Source of the DNA: Hydrolagus colliei
Taxonomy: Eukaryota
NCBI GenBank assembly: GCA_035084275.1
Contig: CM068750.1
Span: forward strand, 16,554,001-16,618,000
Direction of reading: 5' to 3'
DNA: 64,000 bases
Shown: piece by piece, positions 36,202 through 48,520 of the stretch
Numbering within the stretch: position 1 is the stretch's first letter
How the letters are laid out: each line of letters opens with the position of its first letter
Notes under the pieces: generated by a model
Told to the model about the DNA's origin: nothing
What the model saw: the letters and a program-made list of their open reading frames with translations, nothing else
The model's database searches: none
Translations under genes and position numbers: made by a program

Positions 36202-37706
36202 GTGAGTATATCTAAAGCATTAATGGTTAACAAAACTATATTAGAAATTAACTCTTCCTCCAGCTGAGAAGGTAGGAAGGACATCAAACTGGATTGTGTA
36301 ACTACTCATTGGATTAAAAAGCCACATCTATTCCATTAGTAATTTATATGATGCAATAATAGTGTCACAGAATTGCCTGCTTATTGTTTCTCCTGGGAGA
36401 GGATGGTAATGAACAAACAAAATAAGGAAAATGTTTCGGAATGAAACATTCATGTGCAATTCTGGGTTTGTTCAGTCTAACCACTGTAATGATCTCGTAA
36501 CTTTTATAAAGTACATCTTAAATACATCAAGTTAATATGTTTTCTTGCAGCAACCTCTACATATTTACTACTTGCCATTTTCATGTTTGGACAGTTTTCA
36601 AATACATTTCCAGCATCCTCTAGAAATTTGTCTAATGTAAACAGTGCCTATTATGAAGCTAGGCAGGCCTACTACTCCTTCCTTTGTTGTACTGTTGCTG
36701 TTTCAAGTCTTGAACTACATCCTACAACAGCTACCGTGAACTGAACCAATAATTGCAGAGATTAGACTGGATAGACGAGTCATCATATTACTTAATCAAG
36801 TTTGATTTCCACCTATGGTACTATATCTGTCGGAATTGGACCTGGTGTAGGAAACAATTCCATTTTACTTTTCCCCACAAATTGGATAGTGGATTCAGTC
36901 TTATCCTTAGCAACACTTTAGGTCTATTTTGAATAACAGAAATGTCAATTTATTTGAAGGATGATCAATCCTGGGAAGCAAAGAAACATTCAATATGTAG
37001 GAAATTAGGTCACACACAAGAGCATTAACTACTATCGAGACTTAATATTTAAAATAGCATGGTACGACGAGTGTTTGATAAATCATTAAACAGTTCATTT
37101 TAATCTTATTTTGCCAGAGCTTTCCAATTTCTGACCAGAAGGCAACCCCTTTTTTAAATCATGTAAATTTCAGAGAGTATGCACACTCCAGATAGGAGAA
37201 CTTTCAGGTGGAGGTGGCATGAATATATAGAACTTGTCTGTTTTAGATACTTGTACAGATTTGTGTTGGGTTTCTATAAGTGGCTGACACCTAGAAGACC
37301 ACTTTGCAGTTTAAATTAGTTCACATTTAAAAAAAGCTGAAGACTAAAAATAAACGTAACCCTGGCATGTAATTTGCTGTTACCATGGCTCAGTCAAGAT
37401 GCAATTTTAAAACTTTTAACATCAATTTTAAAAGATGAGCAGTAAACCAAAAAGGTGAGTAGTTTTCAGTCAATATTTAATTTCTTCACTTTAGTACTTG
37501 CAAATGGTTTTACACTCAACATTTGTTAGACTGATGATAGAAGTGATGAATGTTTAATTACATGCAATATTTCAAACTTACACTCTGCATAGATGGTAAT
37601 TCAATTATACTGTCAGCCATGATTTGCATTAACAATGAAACAGTTACTGTGCAAATCTGGAAAAACAAATTGATGTCAATTATTATAGGCTATTATTTGT
37701 CATTCT

Positions 37707-38006
37707 GAAGTCCTGTAGTTCAGTGGTTAGAGCACTCGCCTTGCAAGCGAGAAATCTAGGTTTGATTCCAGGCAAGGGGCAAAACCTTGGGTAAATTTCC
37801 TTACTCCACAGGCCTAATAATAATCCTTCAAAAAAAATTGGTTAATTCAATCCATGACTGTTTGTGGGACACTGCTGGGCTCAATTGGCTGCTGCGTTTG
37901 CCCACAAATATACAGTCAATTAACTTTACAGTATATTCTGTGATGCGCTTTGAGACGTCTAGAAGACATGAAAAGCGCTATATCAAACGCAAGGATTATT
38001 ATTATT
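37707..38006 (+). mobile_element. tRNA-derived SINE, short form
   Basis: Colinear with the other copies; (ATT)n tail; ends about 125 nt upstream of the last PAPLN exon. Confidence 0.88.
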
Positions 38007-38131
38007 TTCATTCAGTCAAATGCCTACCATCTACCAAACGTGGAAAGAGACTTCACCATTTGACTTTTTAAACCTTGAAATAACTTCTAAGAGTCAGAAT
38101 AAAACCGTTTTCTCATATTTTTAAACTCCAG

Positions 38132-38313
38132 CTCCCACAGCAGTAGTGCAACCTGCAGCCCATGGTGCGGTGTGTGCTGATCAGCCAGAGCTGGCTAATT
38201 GTGATCTCGTAGTGCAGGCCGACCTCTGCTCCAATCTGTACTACTCCAGCTTTTGCTGTGCAAGCTGCTCCAGAGGCAGGTCACATAACAGCCATCTCCA
38301 GCGGCAGGGATAG
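38132..38313 (+). CDS. PAPLN: Papilin exon 25, last coding exon (PLAC domain, stop TAG)
   Basis: CADQPELANCDLVVQADLCSNLYYSSFCCASC PLAC signature; TAG at 38311-38313. The summed CDS of 3783 nt is a multiple of 3. Confidence 0.95.
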
Positions 38314-40700
38314 TGGTGTCTCGGGTCGCTGTGGTACTCAGGTGATGGGAAGAATTCCTCTTGGTGTTTTAAATTAAAGAGCATTGCATGTGGCTTGCTA
38401 AACTATTCAATGTGCATGACTATTTTTATTTTAAATGCTATGTTGTACAAACTGCTCGTTTGGGTACTTGCTTTCAGACAATATATTACCATGTAAAGCA
38501 ACTTAATAATGAAGCAGAAACAATTGGCCTTGTTTTCTCAGCAATTGCAACGTGTCTTTCTCAAATAGCCAAGAAATTGAAAAATGCAAAAAACCGATTA
38601 AACCAGTGTTTAATCTCTGATCATGCCAGTGCTCAACCATTGTGCTCTGTGCATAAGCAGATAATGTGCGGAAAGTAACTGTCCTACAATGTTTGTTCTG
38701 GCACCTACAAGAAAATTGCTTAATCTAAGGTTGGCACAGTAACCCAAACTGCTGACGAGTTGGTTCAGACCAAGACAATGGATTTGCTTAAAGTTACATT
38801 CTTCTATGCTAGAAGAATAGTGGGGTGGGTATTCTAGAGGATGATATTTGAAGGGTCACCTTCAATCAAACCAATTTTATCAGTCTTCCCTTTTGTAGAT
38901 CTTGTAATTTTCTCACTTGAGACAACTCCCCCAGACATCCTCAAATGACTGATTTGAATTTTGGGCTTCCATCTATGAAATACTGCAAATGGTCTGCATA
39001 CCCCTAGATAAGGCATTTTCACATTGACTGGCAAAAATAAAATGAGTAAACTTGTAATTCCTTGTGCATTGTGGTAAAATGTTGCCTGGAAAATTGTATT
39101 GAATGTGAATGTTGTGCAATGCTATGAACAGTGACTTGGTTTCTTTAATGGCTGTTTTGACTTTCCTTAAATACATGTCCCCAAACCTATTTAGAAACAA
39201 GTTTCAGAAAAGTTGTTCTTCCAAGATCCAAATGGTCTTTTGGAGCAGCCAAAAATAGCTCAACTGTTTAAAAAGTGCAGTTTTTACTATTTTTAATAAA
39301 TTTCACCCATAAAACAATGATTTCACTTTATAGTAGATCCTGTGACTTTGGGATGTCCTCCAAATGTGAAAGATGCTATATACAGCACTAAATGATAATA
39401 TTATTCATTTCCTCTCCACCACCAAATGTCATCTTTAATTAACTCTGAGTGACAGGAAACAATACAATGATGGAAAACGTGGAATTTAACATTTGTCTTT
39501 ATCCAGCTTCTTTCCCCAGAAAAGTGACAGTTAATCTACTTTGGTCTCTCATGATGTGTGAAAATTGTAATTTAGCAATTGTAAACACAACTTGTTTGAT
39601 CCAATAGCACATTGCTTCATTAGTCTAGGCCGCTAACTTTGAATCGGACTTTTAAGTATTTCAGAGCGACCCCCACCCCCCATTCTTAATTACCTTACCA
39701 AAAATATGCAAATTTTAATAGCTAAGCATTTTAAAGAATCACTGCTATAGTAAACATTTCAAAAGCAAAACCATTTTGAAACCATGTCTGCTTTGCCTCT
39801 TTGTTTCTTGTGTTAAAACTGGAACTTGATTCATACAAACGCACTTTTCTCCTCCAGTCTTAAAACACTATAAACCTTTTCTTTGCTTGCTTTTGCCTGG
39901 CCTGCATGTTTTTATTTCACGGCAGACGCACAGTAGTCGCAAGGAAAAAACCCACACTGGGAACATCTCACCAGCTGTGTAGCAGTAATTTAAATTAATA
40001 TGAAGAATATGCATTGGAAGCCATTGAAAAGCCAGAAGCGTTTAAAAATATAATCTTGCATGAAGTAGAATAAATTGAAGGCACCAACTAACACGAAGGG
40101 TAATCTTTTCTATTGAATCAATAGAAATTTATGTTCTTTAGGGACTGAATCAAGAGCACTTTAAAATGTTTTACTGCAAACGTGAAAAAATATTTCTGAT
40201 TGGTTGCTAACTTGTGTTCTAGGTCCATATGATTGAAAATAGGTAACTAAGACACCCTGTGGGATTCAACTCAGTGAAAATTCTGTACAACTAAAGATCA
40301 ACATATTTCTGACAATATTATGTATATACTATGGAATTGATTTTTAAAACTCTTGCCTCAGTAATAGGTATTTGAAAGAAGTGCCTTGAAAAGATTAACC
40401 AAGTTTGATATATTTGCTATGGTTTTGTAAATCTTCCATATTGAGCACTGCAGCTTTGTTTGTACATTGACTTGAATTTGTTGGTTTAATACTGTACATA
40501 AATTAACACATTTTACTGGTCACCAAAATTCCATCAAGTGCATTTTTGTATATCAAATGGTCATGTGTGCAAAAAAATAGTATTTCATGTACTGATTAAT
40601 CAATGAATTAAATCATCTTGTTTTGAATCAGTTGTCTGTTCACATAACTGTATACTATAAGAAATCATCATCAAATAAATCTGTAGCAGTACCATAGGAA
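38314..40700 (+). other. PAPLN: Probable PAPLN 3' UTR, end uncertain
   Basis: AT-rich, largely repeat-free sequence after the stop. AATAAA at 39036, 39295, about 40069 and 40674. Confidence 0.5.
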
Positions 40701-41677
40701 AGTGCTAGTGCCATTTGTAATACGTTTAATACTACTGGACAATTTCAAGGGGCAGGCAAAATTCCATTTCACACAGTAACAATACTGACTTCCTGACTTT
40801 GTCTCACAAATTCTGCATCAGTTGAATGCTCACTTGTGAGGTACTGGAGGGGAGCTGAGACCTATAGAATGCATTCCATCAATTTCCAATTCTCTTTGAC
40901 CCCATTGAAAGATTCCCACAAAGTTAAGATCACCCCTGCTGAATTCTACTTCCACACTTTCGTCTACATTTCAGTAATTTTCATCTTTACTGCTGAAATC
41001 TATACAGATTAATATTTTGTCATATGTGTGGAGTCTTACGTTATTTTTCTGTCTGGTCACATGGAGAGGGAGCAGATTAATTCTAATGTCTTGCTCATTG
41101 GTGTTTAATGTAGGCATTCATTTAAAATTTACTATTATTAAGAAAATATGTCTATTAAGTACTTTTTGCAGCCAAAATAACCTTTTCCAACAGTGGGTTC
41201 AAACTGACAAGTTTTAAGTAGTTAAATGCAACTGTTAACTCTTGGTGTAGCAGCAGTAGAGATTTCAGTCACAAGAACACTTAAGTGTTAAGTGTATATA
41301 AACAGAATAAGTAAAACTGGGTAGTCAATAGAATGGATTGAGTTGTCTAATGTCCAAGGAGATAAGAAATACATCCGGTATTTTTCTACCTCTGGGATGC
41401 ATGCTACCCCTTGTGAGGGCTCTATATAAGCTATGTAAGCTGTTGTTGTATCTTCAATCAGAGTAGGAGAACAGAATTCTGGAAATAAGTAAAGAAATTA
41501 AAACAACCTTTGCACAATTCATGAAGTGAATATCCATCCATAAATGAAGATGCTTCATTCTATGGTAATTGCTTTCCGAGTATGTGCAGAATAACCATTA
41601 AGTTGTAAATTGTTAAAAACTAATGTTTGTGCTAATAGAGAAGGAGCATATCACATCTTCTTACCAGCCAAGACCCA

Positions 41678-41826
41678 TCCTGTGGCTCAGTGGTTACAGC
41701 ACTCGCTTTACAAGTGAGAGACCTGGGTTCAATTCCAGGCAGGGTGAAACCTTGGGCAAGTTTCCTTTCTCCACACGTCTAATAATAATCCCTCAAAACA
41801 AACAATAAATGGGTCATTTCAATCCT
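41678..41826 (+). mobile_element. tRNA-derived SINE, 3'-truncated
   Basis: Head with A/B boxes and CCTTGGGCAAGTTTCC present; tail absent. Confidence 0.85.
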
Positions 41827-41969
41827 AACTGAAATTAATGTTAAAAATGAAATACAATTATTTCAATTCTGTAAACTAAGATTTCACATGCAAAACATTT
41901 TCATGCAATCATTGCAATTTTATACTAGATCATGTTCAACCATGTATCATTCAAATAGTTTTCACAATG

Positions 41970-43326
41970 TTCTTCCACAGGTTGCCATTTATTCTGCACT
42001 ATTTCCAAAGGCTCCGCTCATTTGGCATCTTTTGAGAACATTTGTAGCTATATTTCCTCCCTTTTTTGAAATTGGATTCTCTACCCTTTATTCACGGCAA
42101 GCTGCTACTATCAGACATACGACAAATTAGTTACAATAGAGACTAAGTTTAAAAATAGAATAAGTAGATGGTAAATATCCAATAAAAATATCGACTTGAG
42201 ATAAGTTGAAGAAATGTTAGGCTGGTATGGGTCATTATTACTCCCATTATACTGCATTGGAAATCAATATATAAAGGCTGTGAATGGCAAAAAATTATTA
42301 AAAATCAAACTATTGTCTAAATTTGTTCAGCCTCTATCAATGTTTATTTCTGTTAAAGATTAGAAATCTTCAGTATAAATTTCTTTATTACAAGTGATTG
42401 TAAGGCCCACACAAATCAAAATTATAATAAAATCCAAATGCTGCTGAATTCCTGAAGTAAGACGAGAATGAGCCGTCATGCAGCAGCATTTATAGCATCT
42501 AAACTATCAAATGAAAATAGGTTGGAAAACCGAGCAAGGCTAGGAAGCCAAGTACCAAACAAGAATGATTCTGCTCAAACTGCATTGTGCAACCCCATTT
42601 TTACAGAAACAGCTATTAAACCTGACAATAGTGTTAAAACTCCATTGAAGGTCATAAGAGCAACAGAGCAGACATTTTACCAAAGAACAAAAAAAACCAG
42701 CTCAACAGAAAGACTACAAGATTGTTCACGTCTTGTGAAGCCCATGAAAACACTGCTGTTAAAATAACTACTGAATATTAACAATGGTTTTATAATTGGT
42801 CATTTGATAAAGCAAATACACTACTTACAGCAAATTAAAGTCCATTGCAATGTCCAGCTGAAAGGTCACATTTTCCCAAATTACTTACATTAGAATCAGC
42901 AATAAATCATTCTCTATATACATTTCATACATCCATCTGGTGTTTTACCTTTGGCAAGATTACTTACAACTTAATTTCCATAACTATTTAAAATATATAC
43001 TAATGCATAAAAATAAAGATTTTGGCATCATTTTTACCCAAAATGGAAGCTCCATCACAAGAACTGCAGCCAAGCCCTGCAATTCCACCACAGAAATACC
43101 AACATAATTGTAGGTATAAAGATTTTAAAAACAAGCAGCTGATCTCCTAACACTTGTACCATTAAATTAACCTGGCTTCCTTGCATTACAATTAGTGTGT
43201 GCCTCAGATCCAGATATTTTAGTCCACCTTGGTTTCAGGTTCAATGGTGTTCAGAGGCTGTTAAGTAGCTCTTCATGCCCATGTCAACGCTGAAAGCTCT
43301 CAACTTTTTCTCCACCAAATTATAAC
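41970..43326 (-). other. NUMB: Probable NUMB 3' UTR, end uncertain
   Basis: Minus-strand AATAAA signals (plus-strand TTTATT) at 42384, 42343, 42087 and 41988, downstream of the TGA. Confidence 0.55.
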
Positions 43327-43997
43327 TCAAAGCTCAATCTCAAAGGTCTTTTGTAAGTCACTGGAGAATGGATTAGTAGGAGAAGGTGTGGCCCGTTGCT
43401 TCGATTTGGATTCCAGTGCATTCCACTGAGCCTCAAATGGATCGATTTCTTGTTCAACTGATGTTGTTTGAGTATTTTTGGGTTCCATTGTCCAGTTACT
43501 GTTTTCTGCTCCATTAAAAGCTGCAGAACCATTGATCTGCTGGGCAGCTTTAAAATAAGGGGGTGCATTTGCAGCAGGGCAAACATTGTTGTCTTCAAAC
43601 TGAGGGAATGCATTTTGCTTTAAAGGTGCGTGGCTCTGTATTTGAGTGACCTGAGTATGGGCAGTGCCAAAGACGTTAGCAACCATTTGTGAAGGGGTAA
43701 TCCCAACCACAGGCACACTTGCTGCTTGGTATGACATACCATTGGGCATCCCCATGTATGGTTGAGTGGGAATAAATGTAGGTTGCATACTGACTGGGGC
43801 TGCTTGAACAGTGACAAAAGCATTGGCCTGGAAGGGCTGTGTGGCCTGTGGCATGGAAGAGTGCGGCATTGGTTGTTGAGTCAACCTAATACTCTTCGAT
43901 ATTTCATCAAGCCAGCGCTCAGCTTCTGATGGTGTTCGTTGGTGACTGGGCTGAAAAGTGGGAGCTTGTGCAATGGCAGTCATCCCCCAGTCGGTGC
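43327..43997 (-). CDS. NUMB: NUMB last coding exon (Pro-rich region with DPF and NPF motifs)
   Basis: HQRTPSEAERWLDE, VPVVGITPSQMVANVFG, IDPFEAQW, TNPFSSDLQKTFEIEL-stop; TTTTATCAG acceptor; 671 nt. Confidence 0.97.
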
Positions 43998-45042
43998 CTG
44001 ATAAAATGAAAAATAAAGTCAATAAAAAAAAGACTTGACAACTGATCTTGGGTCTTACACAATCTTTATAACAAACTGAAAGGAGGGGGAAAATATGTGT
44101 TAGTTGAGATTTATCCCAAATATAAAATCCCCAATAGTACAGGTGGTAAAGTTGCAGGCTAGATTCCTGGTGTGTTGAGTTCGCATATCTTAATTCAGTG
44201 GTGGTGGGGGTGCTAAAATGACTTTCAGGAAGATTGGAAAGCAAGAGAGAAGTCAGCCAGGGCTCCTGATGGACCAGGCACTTGATGGAATTACATATGT
44301 TTATCATTTGGCCTATGAGCAAAAAGTGAGTTAAATAAAATTAAAACATTTAATTTTTGTTCATTTGTATTACAGATTTAAAATGTTATCTATCAAACTA
44401 CAAATATTTTATATAAGCTGCTACTGTCAATTAAATTCATATTCTGCTGCAGAAGAATTCCTAGTACATTTTCAAAGTAGTCAATTGTGAGAAGTGCTTT
44501 TGGGACATTGTCACCCAAGGCAAAGATAAAGTATTTTAATATATTATTGTACCCTAGTCCACCTCAAAACCATAAAAAAGCCCAGCCCAGTCTGTAGACA
44601 AAGGGAAAAAAATTAACACCGTGAACATTTCAAATCTGCAGAAAATCTAATTGCGTTACACTCAAAAGATGAAGGGGTTTGTAGTTTTGTTTTGAGGGGA
44701 ATCATTTAAATTTACAATGGAGCTTCACTATAGTGTATGGTTTCAATTAAATCCCAACTTGCTTTAGAAACTTTCACTCCCATGCTAAAAGAAAAATGGC
44801 TGGCTTTTGAATCACTGGATCAGTGATGACAACCTGATGACCCAAACATCAACCGTGTTAGCATGAAAGTCAGTTGACACATAGAAAGTGAGTGGCTGCT
44901 GTCACTTGCATGAGGTCGACAGTGTAACTTTAGTTAAAAACAAATTCACATAAAGAAGATGTATGGAGTGGCATTGTATTGAGGTATTGGGTTGAAGAAT
45001 TAAAAAGAACATGTTCTATGTGCACCATCTATGTTTTCTTAC

Positions 45043-45186
45043 TTGCAGTAGTTGCAGCTCCTGTATTAGTAGCTGAAGGGACCTGAGCCCAAGGGTTTGT
45101 ATCACGCATTGGCATTACTGTTGGAGACATGGCAGTCACAGGTGGTATTGCAGTAGGCAGTGAGAAGGCTGAAGCTGCTCCATTGG
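45043..45186 (-). CDS. NUMB: NUMB alternatively spliced PRR-insert exon (48 aa, ANGAASAFSL...MPMRDTNPWAQVP...)
   Basis: 144 nt, symmetric phase 1, TAG acceptor and GTAAGA donor; MPxRxTNPWA motif as in the mammalian PRR-long insert. Confidence 0.92.
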
Positions 45187-45222
45187 CTATAAGAGTGGAT
45201 GAAAACGATCAATAACATCTAA

Positions 45223-45228
45223 CATGCA
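45223..45228 (-). promoter_or_regulatory. RBFOX-type UGCAUG intronic element upstream of the NUMB PRR-insert exon
   Basis: Minus-strand TGCATG about 40 nt upstream of the 3' splice site; RBFOX repression of this exon through an upstream UGCAUG is known in amniotes. Confidence 0.65.
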
Positions 45229-45271
45229 AGCTATTCAATGAGTTTCAAGTGACATCAAATCAACCACAAAC

Positions 45272-45433
45272 CTTGAGGGACTGTCATTTGAGGAGCCACA
45301 GTCGTGGAGGGTTTTGTCATTGGAGCAGAAGAGAATGGATCCTCTACATGTCCACTGAATGCATGGGTTATTTGAGAGCACAGCGAACTTATACTGTCCA
45401 CATCGGCTGCGGAATCACCTTCAATTTCAGGCA
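45272..45433 (-). CDS. NUMB: NUMB exon (VPEIEGDSAADVDSISSLCSQITHAFSGHVEDPFSSAPMTKP...)
   Basis: DSISSLCSQIT and EDPFSSAPM NUMB motifs; 162 nt, phase 1 to 1. Confidence 0.95.
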
Positions 45434-46379
45434 CTGAATCAAAGAAGAATAAAGTAATATTGAACAAGTGGTAATAGGACTTTCATCAACCATCGCATCT
45501 CTCAGTTAACACAACTTACTTTTGGCACTTTAAAATTGGGCCAGTAATGTTACTGCACAGCAGATTATACTCAATCACGGGGAGAATTAATGTAATGAAC
45601 AATCTCCCCTCCGCAACACACTATTTAGGCCAGTTTATTTTCCAGTCCCCATTTGGAATTTAAGCTTTCATAACTTAAGAATGTAAGTCACAAACCACAC
45701 AAAAGGAGCCCAATGGATGAGTACAACCAGGTAAAAGCTTTCTAAATGTTGTTCAACAATCCATTTAAGCACATCTTAAAGAGATAGGTAAGATAGTTGG
45801 GAAATAAGAAATATGGGGGAAATAGGATTTTTTAAAAAAAATTATTCATCTGAAACAATAGAGTAATTTGCAGAATCTTATTTAGAAAAAATGTCAAGAT
45901 GTAAGACAGCACAGAGACAATTGTCGAGGGTATTATCTGGTATTATCTTAGTTATGACAGACGAGAGAAATCAGACTGTTTCCATTGAATAAAGATTGAG
46001 ACACGAGCTTCAAAATTATGAAGGGTTTCAGAAAACCTTAATAAATTTAAGATCATGCATGCATGCATTTAAGATCGTCACCAAAAATAAAGGGAAAATA
46101 TAAAATTGTTATCAAGAAAACAATATTAGGACCACCCCAAATTAATTTAACATTAAATAACAATTTTTAAAGGAAACTAAGACAAATATTGGAGTAGAGG
46201 GAGAGAGATGAAAGGGTACAGGGAAAAGGCACAAAACAGGACAAGACAACTTTCTAAAAAGAGACTTCAATTATAATACAAAGACAGAACAGATTCTTTG
46301 GGGTTAAGAACCATCTCCAATTTCTTTGTTCACACCTTACGAATGATACTATTGAGTAGAAGTTCACAGAACACCGTAC

Positions 46380-46667
46380 CTGTGTTTTTAATCTGAAATT
46401 CCGTTTTCCTTTGCTGTGTGGAGGGTAACTCATGTATTCGAAGTGACATCTGTCTCTTGAAAGGTGAGGTGGTCTGGCTAAGCACCGGGAACCCTCGGAA
46501 TGATCCTTGCCTGGCGAGTTGCTCTACTGGTGCATGCCTTCGTGGTATTGCATGTACGTTACCAGAATCCTTGCTTTCTCCAGTCGTGGATGGAGTAGAT
46601 GGTGAAGCTGAGGGAAGTGTAGGTGATGCAGCCGAGGTGGTGACGACAACAGCTCTTTCTGTTTCAG
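46380..46667 (-). CDS. NUMB: NUMB exon (NumbF region: HAIPRRHAPVEQLARQGSFRGFPVLSQTTSPFKRQMSLRIHELPSTQQRKTEF)
   Basis: Diagnostic RQGSFRGFP and SPFKRQxSLR motifs; TTTGCAG acceptor; 288 nt. Confidence 0.96.
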
Positions 46668-46826
46668 CTGCAAATTAAACACCACATTGTATATATTGGC
46701 CGGTTACACATTATTAGCAAAAAAAATTGATTCAAATAGTTTGATGTGCTAGTAACTATTCTCTCCAGATCAAAGTAGACTTGAGCCTTGAACTCACAAT
46801 CTTCTGACTCGCAGGCAACATAAGAA

Positions 46827-46955
46827 GGGATTAAGGGATATGGGGATAAAGCGGATAGGTGGAGTTAGATTAGAAGATCAGCCATGATCTTATTGAATGC
46901 CAGGGCAGGCTCAAGGAGCTGAATGGCCTACTCCTATCCCTCATTCTTATGTTCT
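46827..46955 (+). mobile_element. CR1-type LINE 3' end
   Basis: AAGGGATATGGGG...GATCAGCCATGATCTTATTGAATG...GAATGGCCTACTCCT...TTCTTATGTTCT tail. Confidence 0.8.
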
Positions 46956-47070
46956 AACAAATAGGAGCAGCAGTAGGCCATTCGGCCCCTCAAGCTTGCC
47001 CCGCCATTTAATAAGATCATGGCTGATCTTCTAACCATTTACCCACCCCGTATCCCCTTATCCTTTGCCA
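46956..47070 (-). mobile_element. CR1-type LINE 3' end, inverted copy of the same family
   Basis: Reverse complement of 46827-46955. Confidence 0.8.
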
Positions 47071-47402
47071 ACCAAGCAAAATGATAAGTCAATACACTTT
47101 GAAGTGCTCCAATTCCAAATGGGGCAAACAGAAAGGAGAACTAACATGAGATAGATGAACAAGTGAAGAAAAAGGAGCTACAAAGAAAATTAATTCTCAA
47201 TGACAGAACAAGCCACAGTGGCGATAAGACAGGCAAAGTGAAGGAGCAGCAGATCCAGAATCTTTTTAACAACTTAAATCTCATTCCAAATGAAAAATTT
47301 TAGATCCATCCTTTGGAGAGTATTTGGTAACATGGTACCACAAAACAATAAGGTGCTTTGGAACTCAAGAATGCAACAAGGCTCAACAGTTTTCCCCCGT
47401 AC

Positions 47403-47607
47403 CTCTTTTGGTATCTTGCATTTGTTTCATGAATTCCTCTCGCTCGGCCTGTTCAGTGGCTGTGGTTACTCTAAAGGAACCTTCCCTGGTAAATGTGGTG
47501 CGGTTGGCATCAAAAGTAGCCGTGACACCGCACTCTTTCTCTCGCTTTTGTTTCCGCTCCAAACATGCTGCAAACGCACACCCCACAGCATGGCTCAGCC
47601 TCTCACC
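47403..47607 (-). CDS. NUMB: NUMB exon (PTB C-terminal helix [28 protein letters not shown]...)
   Basis: Near-invariant NUMB sequence; 205 nt, phase 0 to 1. Confidence 0.97.
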
Positions 47608-47759
47608 CTGAGGAATCATCAGAATATTTTTTCAATGGATATATGCAGCATACTTTCAATAATAATCCTAGCAACACTTCATAGAATACCAAAAAAAACT
47701 ATTTGCCTTCCCTTTTGTGTAATGGCCCACCTGAACAGAGCATATTCACAAGTGTCTGT

Positions 47760-48520
47760 AGTGACATTATGCATTCCTGCCCGCAAAAGCTCAATCACCC
47801 TCACAAATTCTACCACCTTGCTGATAACTTGTTTCAGTCATTGATTACCCACTGTGTAAAGAAAAGCTTCCTGGTATCAGTCCTGAAATTGCCATGACCT
47901 GGGATTACTTTCTCAATCACATTAAAATTTTGAACACCTCAGCTCTCTCAGGGCTGAAGAGCTCCACCTTTTCTAATTGTTGCTAATTACTCTAACTCTG
48001 GGGATTGCAGAGCACTGTACAGCCAAAGTATGACGTCTGGGGAACGTAAACTCAACTGATTCAGCAATAAAGCACAACATCTGTTTGCCTTGTTTATTGC
48101 TGCCTCACACTGTTTTAACATAGTGAATGGTGAGTCAATTAACACCCCAAGCTCTGTTTCAGCTTTCCCCTTGGCAGGTTCTATCCACCCAAGGAATACC
48201 TGTGTTTTCTATTCTTAGATATGTAGTTACCTTGCATATGTAGTTACCTTGCATCTATCTTTATTAAAACTTAATTCGTCAGTTATCAGCATGTATAACC
48301 ATTGCCGCCTACTCCAATTTCATTAGATCCCTCCAATTTGGTGTCATTGGCAAATTTAACAATCTTATATTGGTTTTGAAAATCCAGGTCATTAATAATA
48401 ATTCTTGAATTTGATATAATACCTTATCACATCTTCTAAGCTGTCTCAAAGCGCTTCACAGAATATATGCAAGGAACACTGGGGTCCCAGTACAGACGTC
48501 CGGGGCACCGATCTTAACAG
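47760..48520 (-). mobile_element. Degenerate CR1 fragment interrupted by a SINE tail
   Basis: Reverse complements of CR1 RT-region motifs (plus-strand GGTGTCATTGGCAAA = FAxDT region; GGGGTCCCAGTACAGA = SVLGP region). SINE tail at about 48393-48470. Confidence 0.65.

Noticed and set aside
43998-44322. N-terminal ~108 aa of the 331-aa minus ORF
   Set aside because: Intronic read-through upstream of the TTTTATCAG acceptor; NUMB similarity starts only at GTDW.
47290-47844. 184-aa plus-strand ORF
   Set aside because: Antisense shadow of a NUMB exon plus a CR1 remnant; no recognisable domain.
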